Positions 45,210 through 55,734 are shown, counted from the stretch's first letter. The stretch: DNA of 64,000 nt from Patescibacteria group bacterium (GCA_041649475.1 JBAZNA010000001.1:197022-261021); one strand, 5' to 3'. Made by a program: numbers and translations. The notes: generated from the sequence alone by a model not told the origin.

Positions 45210-45238
45210 TTGCTTATTTCCATTAAAACTGCTAGAAT
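45210..45238 (+). promoter_or_regulatory. candidate miaA promoter (TTGCTT-N17-TAGAAT, extended TGc)
   Basis: ttgctt atttccattaaaactgc tagaat. Confidence 0.5.
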
Positions 45239-45291
45239 GTTTAAAGTTATTCAGATTATATAGTAATTGTGTAGTTAAGTCAAAAATTCAC

Positions 45292-46188
45292 ATGGACCGA
45301 ACCCTGCCAAAATTAATCGTCATCCTCGGTCCCACCGGCTCCGGGAAAACGGATCTGGGGATTGCGGTTGCCAAAAAGTATAATGGCGAAATTATTTCGG
45401 CTGATTCAAGACAGATTTACAAACAAATGAACATCGGCACGGCCAAGCCCAAGGGGGAGTGGCAGGACGGCGCTTATACTGTAAACGGCGTTCCGCACTA
45501 TCTAATGGATATAATCAATCCGGATGAAAATTTCACGGTGGCGGATTTTAAAGAGCAGGCCACTTTCCATATCAATGACATTTTAAAACGTAAAAAATTA
45601 CCTATTATTGTCGGCGGCACCGGATTGTATATTCAATCAATTGTAGATAATTTGGATATTCCTAAAGTGGCGCCCAGCACCGAGCTAAGATCAGAATTAG
45701 AAAAGAAAACCCAGCCGGAACTTATAGAAATATTAAAACAACTTGATCCGGAATCTGCCGAAAAAATAGATTTAAAAAATCCGCGCCGGGTTTTGCGGGC
45801 GCTGGAAGTGGCAATGATAACCGGTGAATCATTTTTTAATCAAAGAAAGAAGCAAGTGCCACTTTATGACGCCAAAGAATTTGGTATCAACATTTCCAAA
45901 GAGGAATTATATAGACGACTGGACGCCAGAGTGGACCAACAAATCAAAGACGGGCTGGTTGAAGAAGTAAAAAATTTATCTCAAAAATACAGTTGGGATT
46001 TGCCCAGCATGAGCGGAATTGGTTATAAACAGATCGGCTGCTTCCTGCGTGGCGAAATGACTTTGGAACAGGCAATTGAAGTTTTAAAGAGAGATACCAG
46101 AAGATATGCCAAGCGCCAAATGACCTGGTTTAAAAAGGATCAGAGAATAAATTGGATTACTGATTTAGAAGAATTTCATCTCCCATGA
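45292..46188 (+). CDS. miaA: tRNA dimethylallyltransferase
   Basis: P-loop GPTGSGKT, ISADSRQIYKQMNIGTAKP and YAKRQMTWFK. Confidence 0.9.
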   Translation: MDRTLPKLIVILGPTGSGKTDLGIAVAKKYNGEIISADSRQIYKQMNIGTAKPKGEWQDGAYTVNGVPHYLMDIINPDENFTVADFKEQATFHINDILKRKKLPIIVGGTGLYIQSIVDNLDIPKVAPSTELRSELEKKTQPELIEILKQLDPESAEKIDLKNPRRVLRALEVAMITGESFFNQRKKQVPLYDAKEFGINISKEELYRRLDARVDQQIKDGLVEEVKNLSQKYSWDLPSMSGIGYKQIGCFLRGEMTLEQAIEVLKRDTRRYAKRQMTWFKKDQRINWITDLEEFHLP

Positions 46189-47971
46189 AATCAAGACGCT
46201 GACCTGTCACAGTGTCATCGGCCTGAACATGAACCTTGGAAACAAGCGTATTTTGGGTAGGATTGAGTTTGCTTAAGATCAAGGTAAATGGCATAGCCAG
46301 GGTATCGGCGTTTTCCGGCATTTCCGGAATCGTCCAGGTAATTTTTTTAGCCGCGCTGTCAAAATTGAAAGTTCCGGCCGGAGCGGATGGCTGACCTTGC
46401 AAACTAACATCGCCGTAAACATCAGCCGTTAAAGTCACATTCTTCAAAGCATGAAAGTGGTTGGTCAGCACCCAGTTGATTTGATGGGTTTTGTTGTCGC
46501 CGGAAGCGCTGTCGCGCGGATCAAATTTTAAATCGGAATTTAAAGTGATCACAATCAGATTGCTGGAAATGGTGTGGCTGGCGCCGGTGGAATCAGTATA
46601 AGAGACCTCGGCGGCGGCATTTATTTGAAAGGCGGATAAATTGGAAAGATCAAAATTTTCTGAAGTTTTTATCGGAATCTTTGTATCAATGGTAATTTCA
46701 TCTCCTTTGTTAACCGCTCCCAAACCGGCAATCTGTGTTTTGCTAAAGGTCATCTCTCCGCGTCTTATAGTGTCGCTGATTTGTACGCCTTTGATGTCCG
46801 CGTTATATTTATCAACTTCCTGCGACCAATCCAAAACACTCTGCCGGTTTAAAGATGGCGCGTCCAAATTCAATTTAACAATCGCGTTTTTTAGATTACT
46901 GTTGCTGGTGTTTTTAAGATCAATCGTGATGTTAAGCATGTCCCCGGGCTGGGCATTGAAGTTAGCCATTGTTCCGTTCATGGTTAAACTGAATCCCAAA
47001 TCACTTTGCAAAAGTTCTGTGTTAAAGTCGGTTTTGGCCAATTGGAAAACTTTATCATTGGCCGAAGAACTCAAGATACCCGAAATTGTGTTCGCGGACG
47101 AAGAGCTGGAGAATTTGCCGAATAATTTAAAAGTGTAACCGGTGTTGGCTGTGGTTGAAGGGCCTGCGGCCAAATCAATTGACCATTTTTTATTTTTGTT
47201 TAAAACCGGTGTGGCTGAAGCGATGTGAAAATTAGCAGGCACTGAAGGAATTAAATCTAGTTTGCTGACTCGGGACGGGTTTTCTTGCTTGACGGTAAAG
47301 TCATACTCAACCAGATTGCCGATGGCCGCTTTGTCCGGGCCGGCTATAGTCAGAGAGAACGGAGAATTGGTGGTTTTAACTTCTAAAATCGCGGTTTTCT
47401 GAAATTCAGAATTAAAATTTTCCGGTTGATAGGTTAAGAAAGCCCGCCAGGATTGGCTCTGGTCGGTTGAGCCATAAGTGATGCCGGTGATGGTGATGGT
47501 TCCAACTTGGAAAGGGGACAGCTTGCCCAGATCCCATTGGGTATGGCCGGTGTTTTGCGCGTCCGGATTGCTGGAAATGAAGATAAAACCAGCCGGATAT
47601 TCAACATTTAAGACCGCGCTTTCAAGCGACAAGTTTTGGTTGTTTTTATAATCAATTTGGTAGGTGGTGGTTACTCCGGCCATGATGTTATCTGGACCGT
47701 TTACACTAAGATTGACTTTGTCGGCGGAGAATTTTCCGTTTCCGGGCATTAGGAAAAAGCCGATCCAGGCAATGGCGGCGAGTACCGCGCAAAAAATAAT
47801 AAAAATAACCAGAGTTTTTAAAAAAGAACGGCCTTTTTTAATTTTAATTTTTTTCATATCAGGCAAATTACCATGGTCATCTTCATAAATTGAAACCAGT
47901 TGTTTTTCAATCTGTGAGTTTTTAACACTGGCTAATTTTTTTGTCGTCATCCTTTTGCGCGGCGTAGGCAT
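46157..47971 (-). CDS. large membrane-anchored extracytoplasmic protein (hypothetical)
   Basis: 604 aa with a Lys-rich cytoplasmic N-terminus, one TM helix and then repeated beta-rich modules. Its 3' end overlaps miaA by 32 nt. Confidence 0.6.
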   Translation of the reverse strand: MPTPRKRMTTKKLASVKNSQIEKQLVSIYEDDHGNLPDMKKIKIKKGRSFLKTLVIFIIFCAVLAAIAWIGFFLMPGNGKFSADKVNLSVNGPDNIMAGVTTTYQIDYKNNQNLSLESAVLNVEYPAGFIFISSNPDAQNTGHTQWDLGKLSPFQVGTITITGITYGSTDQSQSWRAFLTYQPENFNSEFQKTAILEVKTTNSPFSLTIAGPDKAAIGNLVEYDFTVKQENPSRVSKLDLIPSVPANFHIASATPVLNKNKKWSIDLAAGPSTTANTGYTFKLFGKFSSSSSANTISGILSSSANDKVFQLAKTDFNTELLQSDLGFSLTMNGTMANFNAQPGDMLNITIDLKNTSNSNLKNAIVKLNLDAPSLNRQSVLDWSQEVDKYNADIKGVQISDTIRRGEMTFSKTQIAGLGAVNKGDEITIDTKIPIKTSENFDLSNLSAFQINAAAEVSYTDSTGASHTISSNLIVITLNSDLKFDPRDSASGDNKTHQINWVLTNHFHALKNVTLTADVYGDVSLQGQPSAPAGTFNFDSAAKKITWTIPEMPENADTLAMPFTLILSKLNPTQNTLVSKVHVQADDTVTGQRLDFMGDEILLNQ

Positions 47972-47979
47972 ATAGGTAA

Positions 47980-50382
47980 TTAATTTATTTTATTATCTTG
48001 ATTTAAAATCATGCTCCAAATCATGTCTTGATTTAGAAGCTGATTGTTGATTGTGGCTCCGTTGGAAGCGAGGGTTATGTTGGTTCCATCTTTCCAAACC
48101 GGATGCCAGAGGTCGGGGTAGATTATTTGATTGTCAAAGTTGCTGTCAATGCCGGATTGATTCTGGACTACCAGCTGGTATTTTGAACTCGGCACTGAAG
48201 ATTGGAAAATCCCGGCCCATTTGTTTGCCGGTTTATTTTGTTCCAGGTTAAATGCTTTAAACGGCAATTTGTAAACAAACTGCACTTCACTGGTTTGGCC
48301 CGGCAGAGTGGCAATCCAATTTCCAAAAGCGGTTTTACTGAATTCATTGGTTACCCTGGTGCCTGAAACCGGGTCAATGTTGATTTCTTTTTCAAATTCA
48401 TTAAGCATTTTATCCTCTGTAGTCCACTTATCGGGAACTTTTAAGTGCTGTTCATCGGGCCAGGAAAAGCCGCTGGCGCTAACGAGTTCACTGCCTTGCG
48501 GAACATAGACCCTGATATAATCAATATTCGTCTGACCGTATAATTGTTCTCCGGATACTCCGGTGTGTTCTCTTTTTACCACCACGCTGTCTAAAATTGT
48601 TCCGTCCGGCTGAACCACTGCCTGGTGGCTGATTGTCTGTTTAATTTTAGCATCGCTTTTTTGACCCTGGATGTTGGTATTTACCACCATCAGGTAATCT
48701 TGTCCGGCCGAGGTCTTGAGTATCTTTCCGCCCCAGCCGAAATTATTTATTGTCTCTTCGGTGTTGTTGTTGGTGAAATAGGCCTGGACCTCTTTTTGTT
48801 GTAAGGCCTCATGCAAATTTGTGAGAATCGGCAGAATATCCTGCGGTTTTATGTTTTTTAAATAATCCACAAACATCGGCGCCAGATCCGATAAAATTTG
48901 TTTTGGTTTGTTGTTGGCTTTGTCTGGTCCGTATTCAACGATATTTTGAATGGCCGGCAGGGCATTAGCCGCGGTTAAAGTGAGGTTGTATTTTTGGGCG
49001 GTAACCGGCCCGATAATAGAAAGAATGCGGTTTAAAACTGTGGCATTAATGGCAATGACGCCATCGGCCGTGATGTTGCGGCTGTGTCTGTAAAACCAGA
49101 GCATGTTTTGCGCGCTGGCAGGAAAATCCGGGAACCAATTTGAATCCTGAAATTCCCAGCGCTTATTGATAAATAACAGGGGGGTGGGCGGTTCTACCGA
49201 TTCAGAAAGCTGGCCTTGCAAATCATAAGATCCGCCGGCCGGAACATCCATGTTCGTAATTTTACCATCCACCACGTCCAGCAAAGCGAAACTGCCGGCA
49301 AAGCCCCCGGTCGCCCTTAGTTCTGCCGGATTTTGGAAAACCAGCAAATATCTGCGTAAACCCTTGCCGCCGAAAATTTCCTGCAAGGATTGATTTAAAT
49401 TTGATAAATTTTCCAGATCGCCGGAGAAAGCCGTGAAAATGGTTTTTAATTGGTTGAAAGAATTTTGATACTCAAAAGGCAGAACCTTCGGGTCAACCTG
49501 ACCTAAATTTTTTAGGGCCTCATTGTAGGTGGGAATGGCATACTGCAGATATGCGTTTAAGATGTTCATGCTCTCGGTGAGGGTGGAACTGGGAGAGTTT
49601 TTAATTTCCGCCAATCCTTTGACCATATAAGTGTTGCCGAGAGCAATACTTTGTCCGGCCAGAATTAGTTTTTGTCGGCTTTGAATTTCATTACCAATTA
49701 TTGGTAAAGTTGAAGCGATAGTTTGCACAAGCTGGTGGTTGCTGTTTAGAGTCGCAAGCGCGGCATCAAAGTTTTTCAAAGCATCGCCCAGTGATTTTTG
49801 GGCGTCATCAAGATTGCCGGCCATAATATCGGTGGTGGAATCCTGCAAGGCGATAAAACCTTGGGTGCTGTTTCCAGCCACTTTGTTTACGGTTGATTGC
49901 AGGTCGGTGTAATAGGACTGCGCGCTTGAGGGGAGAATGAATACCAGAGCAATAAGCGTGGCCAAGGCCACGGCGCGGCGGAGGGTGACGTGTTTAAAAT
50001 AATTCTTTTTGATTTTTGGTTTGTGAATTTTAGGAATTTTGGGGGAAAATGAAGGAATCTTAATTGGGGCCTGGTTTTTTATTTTAGGGGCTTCTTCCGG
50101 TTTATGGTGAAAATAATATTCCTGATTTGTGAGTTCTTCTTCCGGAGCGGCAGTGTCAACATTTTTCCAAATGTCATGATGCTGTTCTTTTAAATTGACA
50201 ACATGCGGTGAATCAGGGGAGTTGTAATTGACATGGTGGACAAAAAATTTAAACGGCTGGTTATCCCGTTTTTTTTCCTGGAGTTGTTCCGGACAGGTGG
50301 ATTTGTTGTGCCCAACTCTTTGGCAAATTGCACAGCGCCTAAGCTGGGGTTTTTTGGTTGTTTTTGGCATTTTTTCAAGCAC
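47980..50382 (-). CDS. DUF4012-family membrane protein with an N-terminal CCHC zinc knuckle
   Basis: RYLLVFQNPAELRATGGFAGSFALLDV matches the DUF4012 core. The N-terminus has CAICQRVGHNKSTC (C-X2-C-X4-H-X4-C). One TM helix lies at about aa 135-155. Confidence 0.7.
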   Translation of the reverse strand: MLEKMPKTTKKPQLRRCAICQRVGHNKSTCPEQLQEKKRDNQPFKFFVHHVNYNSPDSPHVVNLKEQHHDIWKNVDTAAPEEELTNQEYYFHHKPEEAPKIKNQAPIKIPSFSPKIPKIHKPKIKKNYFKHVTLRRAVALATLIALVFILPSSAQSYYTDLQSTVNKVAGNSTQGFIALQDSTTDIMAGNLDDAQKSLGDALKNFDAALATLNSNHQLVQTIASTLPIIGNEIQSRQKLILAGQSIALGNTYMVKGLAEIKNSPSSTLTESMNILNAYLQYAIPTYNEALKNLGQVDPKVLPFEYQNSFNQLKTIFTAFSGDLENLSNLNQSLQEIFGGKGLRRYLLVFQNPAELRATGGFAGSFALLDVVDGKITNMDVPAGGSYDLQGQLSESVEPPTPLLFINKRWEFQDSNWFPDFPASAQNMLWFYRHSRNITADGVIAINATVLNRILSIIGPVTAQKYNLTLTAANALPAIQNIVEYGPDKANNKPKQILSDLAPMFVDYLKNIKPQDILPILTNLHEALQQKEVQAYFTNNNTEETINNFGWGGKILKTSAGQDYLMVVNTNIQGQKSDAKIKQTISHQAVVQPDGTILDSVVVKREHTGVSGEQLYGQTNIDYIRVYVPQGSELVSASGFSWPDEQHLKVPDKWTTEDKMLNEFEKEINIDPVSGTRVTNEFSKTAFGNWIATLPGQTSEVQFVYKLPFKAFNLEQNKPANKWAGIFQSSVPSSKYQLVVQNQSGIDSNFDNQIIYPDLWHPVWKDGTNITLASNGATINNQLLNQDMIWSMILNQDNKIN

Positions 50383-50447
50383 TAAAAATTGCCGATAAAT
50401 ATTATGGTATTATACACCATTTTTACGTTCGGCGCACCCGGCAACTG

Positions 50448-51572
50448 TTAATAAGTTTTGTAGATTTGAAGCGTTCTTTTGGCGGTTTCCAGCCAGGAGT
50501 ATTTTTTGAGGATTTGTTGCGATTGTTGGATCAGATTAAGGCGCAAATTTTGGTTAGTAAAGCCGTTATAAAGGGCTTGAGTAATTTCTTCGGGGTTTTT
50601 GGGATCAAAATATAGCGCGGCGCTGCCGAGAATTTCCGGTAAGCAGGCGCTGTTTGCGGAAATTACCGGCACATGGTGGGTCATAGCTTCCAGTGGCGGC
50701 AGGCCAAACCCTTCATACAAGCTTGGGAACACATATAACATGGCTCCGGAGTAGATAGTGTTGAGTTCATCGTCATTTAGATAGTCAGTGAAGATTATAT
50801 TCTTGCATTGTTTAAATTTTTTGCTGTTAATCAAGCGATCATAAAAATAATTTTTCTTGCCAACCAAAATCAGCTGAAAATTGTCGCCGTATTTTTTTTC
50901 AAAATCATGCCAGGCGTCAACCAAGCCCTCCAGATTTTTGTGCGGATAGGCCACGCCGACATATAAGGCGTAGGGTTTGTTAATGTTGAATTTTTTAAAC
51001 AGTTCTTTGTGTGAGATATTATTTTGTTTTTGTTCCTGGGGCTGGGGGGACAGAAGGGTCACGAATATTTTTTGGAGCGGGATTTTAAGGGTTTTATGAA
51101 TGTCTTGTTTGGTAAATTCGGAAGGGGTAATTATTTTTTTGGCTTTTTTTGATATTTTTTTTATTAAAATTTTATGGGCCTGATGTTTAAGCCAATAAAC
51201 AATCACACTTCGCGTGCTGGCGCGGCGCGTCGGATAATGAAAAAGAATTAAATCGTGAATGGTTACCATAAACGGCCCGTTGTAAAAATAGGGGACATTC
51301 CAATGCGGAAAATGCATCAGATCAACTTTTTGCTGTTTTATTATTTTAGGTATCTTCGTTTGTTCGGCCAATCCGTACCAATAAACATCGGCTAAAACTT
51401 TTTTAAAGTTTGAATTGGCGGGCTGAAACTCTTCAAAATTTTCTTTGCGCAAAAAAATAATATATTCATTGGCTGAATCAATTTTTTCCAGATTTTTAAT
51501 CAATTGTTCAATGTATCGTCCCAAGCCGCCTTGTTTTGGGCCATACATTCTGGCGTCTATGCCGATGCGCAT
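50448..51572 (-). CDS. glycosyltransferase family 4 (GT-B)
   Basis: C-terminal EGFGLPPLEAM motif and the typical GT4 layout. Confidence 0.85.
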   Translation of the reverse strand: MRIGIDARMYGPKQGGLGRYIEQLIKNLEKIDSANEYIIFLRKENFEEFQPANSNFKKVLADVYWYGLAEQTKIPKIIKQQKVDLMHFPHWNVPYFYNGPFMVTIHDLILFHYPTRRASTRSVIVYWLKHQAHKILIKKISKKAKKIITPSEFTKQDIHKTLKIPLQKIFVTLLSPQPQEQKQNNISHKELFKKFNINKPYALYVGVAYPHKNLEGLVDAWHDFEKKYGDNFQLILVGKKNYFYDRLINSKKFKQCKNIIFTDYLNDDELNTIYSGAMLYVFPSLYEGFGLPPLEAMTHHVPVISANSACLPEILGSAALYFDPKNPEEITQALYNGFTNQNLRLNLIQQSQQILKKYSWLETAKRTLQIYKTY

Positions 51573-51574
51573 AA

Positions 51575-52720
51575 TTATAAGTTAGTCACTATATTTAACC
51601 AGTTTTTGGCTGTAATTGTCCAGTTGAACTTGGTTGCCTGGGTCAGGCCTTTATTTTTAAAATACATTTTTAGATCGGTGCTGTTTAAGATTTTAATCAT
51701 GGCTTCGGCAAGAGAGCTGGTATCGGTTGGGTTGGTTAGCAGAGCTGCACCCTCGGTGATTTCCGGCAGTGAAGATCGGTTTGAGGTAATAACCGGCGTG
51801 CCCTCGGCCATAGCTTCTATTACCGGAAAGCCAAAACCTTCATAAAAACTGGGAAAGACAAATAATTCCGCCGCTTTATAAAGGGCGGGTTTGTCGGCCG
51901 AGTCAACGTAATCAATAAATTTTATCTGATCTTTAATTGGCGATGATTTTATTCTTTGAAAAATATGTTTATAGCGCCAACCCCTGGCGCCGGCAATCAC
52001 TAAAGAGCAGGGGAAAGCCAATTTTGGGAAAGCTTTCTCATAGGCCTCAATCAAGCCGATAATGTTTTTACGCGGTTCAAGAGTGCCTAAAAATAGGATA
52101 AATTTTTCCGGGAGATTATATTTTTGTTGGATATTTTGCGTGCCATTTGTGGAGGTATTAAAATTAGAATCCAAGCCCGGATATAAAGTTTTAATCTTTT
52201 CTCCGGCTATGGCGTATTTTTCCACTATGTCTTTTTTGGTATTTTCCGATGGCGTCAGAATTACATTTGCTTGTTCGCATTGTTTTTTAGCGTTGACTAT
52301 TTTATGCCAGAGGCGTTGTTTTAAAGAATAAAAATCAGGAAAAAATTCAAAAGACAAGTCGTGAATGGTAAGAATTATTTTTGTTTTATTGGCGAGCGAG
52401 GTGAAGTTAATGTTGGGCGAATAAAAAATATCAATGTTTTGCCTGGAAATCTTGGTTATCAGTTTATCCAGTCGCGGCCGTTTAAATACTTGTAAAGAAA
52501 AGTTAAATAATTTATTGGGCCATCTGGTGGTCACAAAATGCACGTTGTTTTGCTCCCACTTCGGGATAAATTTTGAAACATCAGCATGCGAATTATAAAA
52601 AAGAAAATATTGATTATTTTTATCAATTTCAAAAATAGCGTTGAGGAGTCCGTAGGTATACTCGCCAACGCCGGTGCGAACTAGTGACATTAACGGGCGG
52701 ATGTCTATGCCGATATTCAT
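51575..52720 (-). CDS. glycosyltransferase family 4 (GT-B)
   Basis: EGFGFPVIEAMAEGTPVI motif. Confidence 0.85.
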   Translation of the reverse strand: MNIGIDIRPLMSLVRTGVGEYTYGLLNAIFEIDKNNQYFLFYNSHADVSKFIPKWEQNNVHFVTTRWPNKLFNFSLQVFKRPRLDKLITKISRQNIDIFYSPNINFTSLANKTKIILTIHDLSFEFFPDFYSLKQRLWHKIVNAKKQCEQANVILTPSENTKKDIVEKYAIAGEKIKTLYPGLDSNFNTSTNGTQNIQQKYNLPEKFILFLGTLEPRKNIIGLIEAYEKAFPKLAFPCSLVIAGARGWRYKHIFQRIKSSPIKDQIKFIDYVDSADKPALYKAAELFVFPSFYEGFGFPVIEAMAEGTPVITSNRSSLPEITEGAALLTNPTDTSSLAEAMIKILNSTDLKMYFKNKGLTQATKFNWTITAKNWLNIVTNL

Positions 52721-52785
52721 AAGCGAAATGAGTGAGAGAAATGAAATTATTTATAATTTCATTTCCGAACGAATGAGCTTATATC

Positions 52786-53130
52786 TTAATATAACTTTTT
52801 GTAACTTTCAAAATGTATCTTATCGTCTGTAAAAATTTCTATAACTTTATACTTTCCCTTAGTATAGCTTTCATTATCTTGTTTAAAATGTGTTGCCTCA
52901 ATTATGATTATGCCGGCCTTTGGTTTGGAGAGGTTTTCATTACCGGTTGTTTCAAGGAGCGGCAGTTCGCCATCCAGCCAATACAAACGTTGTCCCTTTT
53001 TTAAAAATGGATAGATCTCTCCGGTAATCAATTTTTCCGGAATGCACTCTTCAATTTTACGATTTCCAGCACGATATTCAGAAATATTTCGCAGGGCCAG
53101 ATCAGGATTAAATTCAAATTTAATACCCAT
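52786..53130 (-). CDS. hypothetical protein (AT-rich) inside the glycosyltransferase cluster
   Basis: 114-aa ORF with no motif. A perfect 12-bp palindrome (gaaatgaaatta/taatttcatttc) lies just downstream at about 52739..52766. Confidence 0.45.
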   Translation of the reverse strand: MGIKFEFNPDLALRNISEYRAGNRKIEECIPEKLITGEIYPFLKKGQRLYWLDGELPLLETTGNENLSKPKAGIIIIEATHFKQDNESYTKGKYKVIEIFTDDKIHFESYKKLY

Positions 53131-53134
53131 ATAA

Positions 53135-54256
53135 TTATTTTATTAAAACTTCCTGGTTCATGCCTTTTTTAAATTCCTCATGTCTGTCATTAATCTTTTT
53201 TTTGAAATTATTTTTAAAATTATTTACGTCAAATTTCAGAGCATGTTCGCGGATTTTGGCGCTGTCCCAATTTTCAAAATTAAAATTTAATAGGGCATCT
53301 AAAAGCGATTCCCAGCTTTGGCTGTGGAAAAATTTACCGGTTTCATTGGAGATAACCGTTTCCGTGGCTCCGCCTTGGCAGTAGGCGATTACCGGTCGGC
53401 CGCTGGCCATTGATTCAATGGCAGTGATGCCAAAATCCTCCAGTTGAGGATGAATATATGCTTTGGCACGGCTAAGCAGATCGGCTTTGGCCGTTTCCGA
53501 GATTTGTTCCAAAAATTCAATATTCGGTTTGGCTATTTTTTTTAAGGTTGATAATTCCGGACCGGTGCCAAAAATTTTAAGCGGCCAGCGCAGACGATTA
53601 AAAGCTTTAACAATTAAATCCGTGCGTTTATAAGGCACAAGTCGTCCGCCGGCTACAAAATAATCGCCGATGTTGGGTTGAATTTTGAAGTTTTGGGTGT
53701 CAACCGGCGGATAAATAACTTCGCTTTCGCGGCGGTAGTATTTATGGATTCTTTGTTGGACTGTTTTTGAGTTGGCTATAAAATAATCAACTCGGTCAAC
53801 ACTCATTTTATCCCAGATGCGCAAGTTATGGACCATGCCCGGTAAGAACAGTTTTATTAATCCATTTTGCCGCAGGTCGGAAATATATTCGCGATGATCG
53901 GCCCATAAAAATCTGGGCGGAGTGTGGCAGTATGAAATATGGAGAGTGCCGGGCGGGGTAATTACGCCTTTGGCAAACACGCTTGAGGTTGAAATAACCA
54001 CATCAAATCCATTCAGGTCTTGGCTTTCCGTGGCCACCGGCATCCAGGGTAAGTACCATTGGTAGCTGGTTCGGCCAAAAGGCAAACGGGCCAAAAAGGT
54101 CTCTTTGATATTTTTATCAGGAAAAGAAGTGATTTTTTTCTTGTTATGAAATAAAACAAAAATCGGCGCTTCCGGCCAGATTTCATGCATGGCTTTTAGC
54201 ACTCTTTCGGCCCCTCCATCTTGTGCCAGATAATCGTGAACAAGCGCGATTTTCAT
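53135..54256 (-). CDS. glycosyltransferase family 4 (GT-B)
   Basis: EDFGITAIESMASGRPVI motif. Confidence 0.85.
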   Translation of the reverse strand: MKIALVHDYLAQDGGAERVLKAMHEIWPEAPIFVLFHNKKKITSFPDKNIKETFLARLPFGRTSYQWYLPWMPVATESQDLNGFDVVISTSSVFAKGVITPPGTLHISYCHTPPRFLWADHREYISDLRQNGLIKLFLPGMVHNLRIWDKMSVDRVDYFIANSKTVQQRIHKYYRRESEVIYPPVDTQNFKIQPNIGDYFVAGGRLVPYKRTDLIVKAFNRLRWPLKIFGTGPELSTLKKIAKPNIEFLEQISETAKADLLSRAKAYIHPQLEDFGITAIESMASGRPVIAYCQGGATETVISNETGKFFHSQSWESLLDALLNFNFENWDSAKIREHALKFDVNNFKNNFKKKINDRHEEFKKGMNQEVLIK

Positions 54257-54261
54257 ATTTT

Positions 54262-55680
54262 TTATAGGGAGCCGGTTTTTCTGATGACAACAAAAGGTGT
54301 TTTAATTAGAATTATGAGATCTAAAAATAAACTCCAGTTTTCTATATAAAATGTGTCCAGCTTTATTTCTTCTTCATAGCTTAAATTGCTGCGTCCGGAA
54401 ATTTGCGCCAAGCCGGTGATACCGGGTTTGATTTCTAAAACTATTTTATGCTTTCTTTCGTAATTTTCAACCTCCCGGGGCTGGTGCGGACGCGGGCCGA
54501 CCAAACTCATTTCACCTTTGAACACATTAAAGAATTGTGGCAATTCGTCTATGCTCCAGCGGCGGATAAACCGGCCAAACGGAGTGACACGCGGGTCATT
54601 TTTGATTTTGTAAATCGGACCGTTTTTTATGCTTTGTTTTTTGATCAGTTCCTGTTCTTTGGCCAAAGCCACGGTGGAAGCTTTTTTGCCAAACTGAATG
54701 CCGTTTGAATCTTTTTGATACATTGATCGAAATTTTAGCGTGAAGAATTTTTTATCGGCTTTGCCGACTCTTTCATTTTTGTAAATCACCGGCCGGCCGG
54801 TTTCAATTAAAATTATTAAAGAGATAATTAAATAAATTGGAGAGAGGATAATTATAAAAAATATACTGCCGATAATATCTATTAGTCGTTTGAAAATTCT
54901 GCCCCAACCCGTCAGCCGCGTTAAGCGCAGTTCAATAATCGGAATGCCGGTGATGGTGGAAACGGCCATGTTGGTGGAAATGGTTGAAAACAAATCAGCT
55001 GAATATTTGAAAGCGATGTGATGTTCGTTGGCAAAATCAATTGCTTCCAACGCCTCTTTTTCATTAGCTTTCGGATCCGTAAAAATTATTTCGTCCGGTT
55101 TTAGTTTTAAAATTGTTGGTTCGCTGGCGACATCAAAACCATCGTAGGTGGCCACCACTTTATAGCCAAATGACTTGTTGAGTAGTGATTGCTTGATTTC
55201 CTGGCCGATAATTTCTTTGCCGATAATAATTGTGCGGCGTAGTCCTACGCCGGCTTTGTGTAGCCAGATTTTTAAACCGGCGGTGAGGATGCGCCCCAGT
55301 GACACAAAGATAATGGCTAAAATCCAACCGACCAAAACCAAAAATCTGGAATCAAATTTTTGCAAGGTGAAAAAAACATAAATGGTGATGCCGGCAAAAC
55401 CGGTGGCGGTGGCCATGACCACTCGGGTGAGATCGCGGGCGAGCTTGCGGTTGGGGTTGGTGCTATATAACCCGGATAAAGCAAAAATAATAATCCAGGC
55501 CGCGGCTGTAAGCAAGACCAATGGCCAGTATCTTTGCCAGGAAAGATTAAACAAAACCGGCCGGATGGCTTTGGCAAAATCAGCAAAGCGAAGCGTGTAG
55601 GCAGTAAAGCCGGCCAGTATCAGCAGGGCAAAGTCAAGAGGAAGTTGGAGTAAGGTAAAAAAGAGTTCAAATTTTTTCAT
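54262..55680 (-). CDS. polyprenyl-phosphate glycosyl-phosphotransferase (bacterial sugar transferase, WbaP-like)
   Basis: Multi-TM N-terminus and a C-terminal sugar-transferase domain (DELPQFFNVFKGEMSLVGPRP). I moved the start to MKKFELFF at 55680. The 115-codon extension in the track is antisense to the GC-rich island. Confidence 0.85.
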   Translation of the reverse strand: MKKFELFFTLLQLPLDFALLILAGFTAYTLRFADFAKAIRPVLFNLSWQRYWPLVLLTAAAWIIIFALSGLYSTNPNRKLARDLTRVVMATATGFAGITIYVFFTLQKFDSRFLVLVGWILAIIFVSLGRILTAGLKIWLHKAGVGLRRTIIIGKEIIGQEIKQSLLNKSFGYKVVATYDGFDVASEPTILKLKPDEIIFTDPKANEKEALEAIDFANEHHIAFKYSADLFSTISTNMAVSTITGIPIIELRLTRLTGWGRIFKRLIDIIGSIFFIIILSPIYLIISLIILIETGRPVIYKNERVGKADKKFFTLKFRSMYQKDSNGIQFGKKASTVALAKEQELIKKQSIKNGPIYKIKNDPRVTPFGRFIRRWSIDELPQFFNVFKGEMSLVGPRPHQPREVENYERKHKIVLEIKPGITGLAQISGRSNLSYEEEIKLDTFYIENWSLFLDLIILIKTPFVVIRKTGSL

Positions 55681-55734
55681 AGTTGTGGGCGCGGTGCGCT
55701 TAGGTTGAGTATATTTTACGCCAACTGCCCAACA

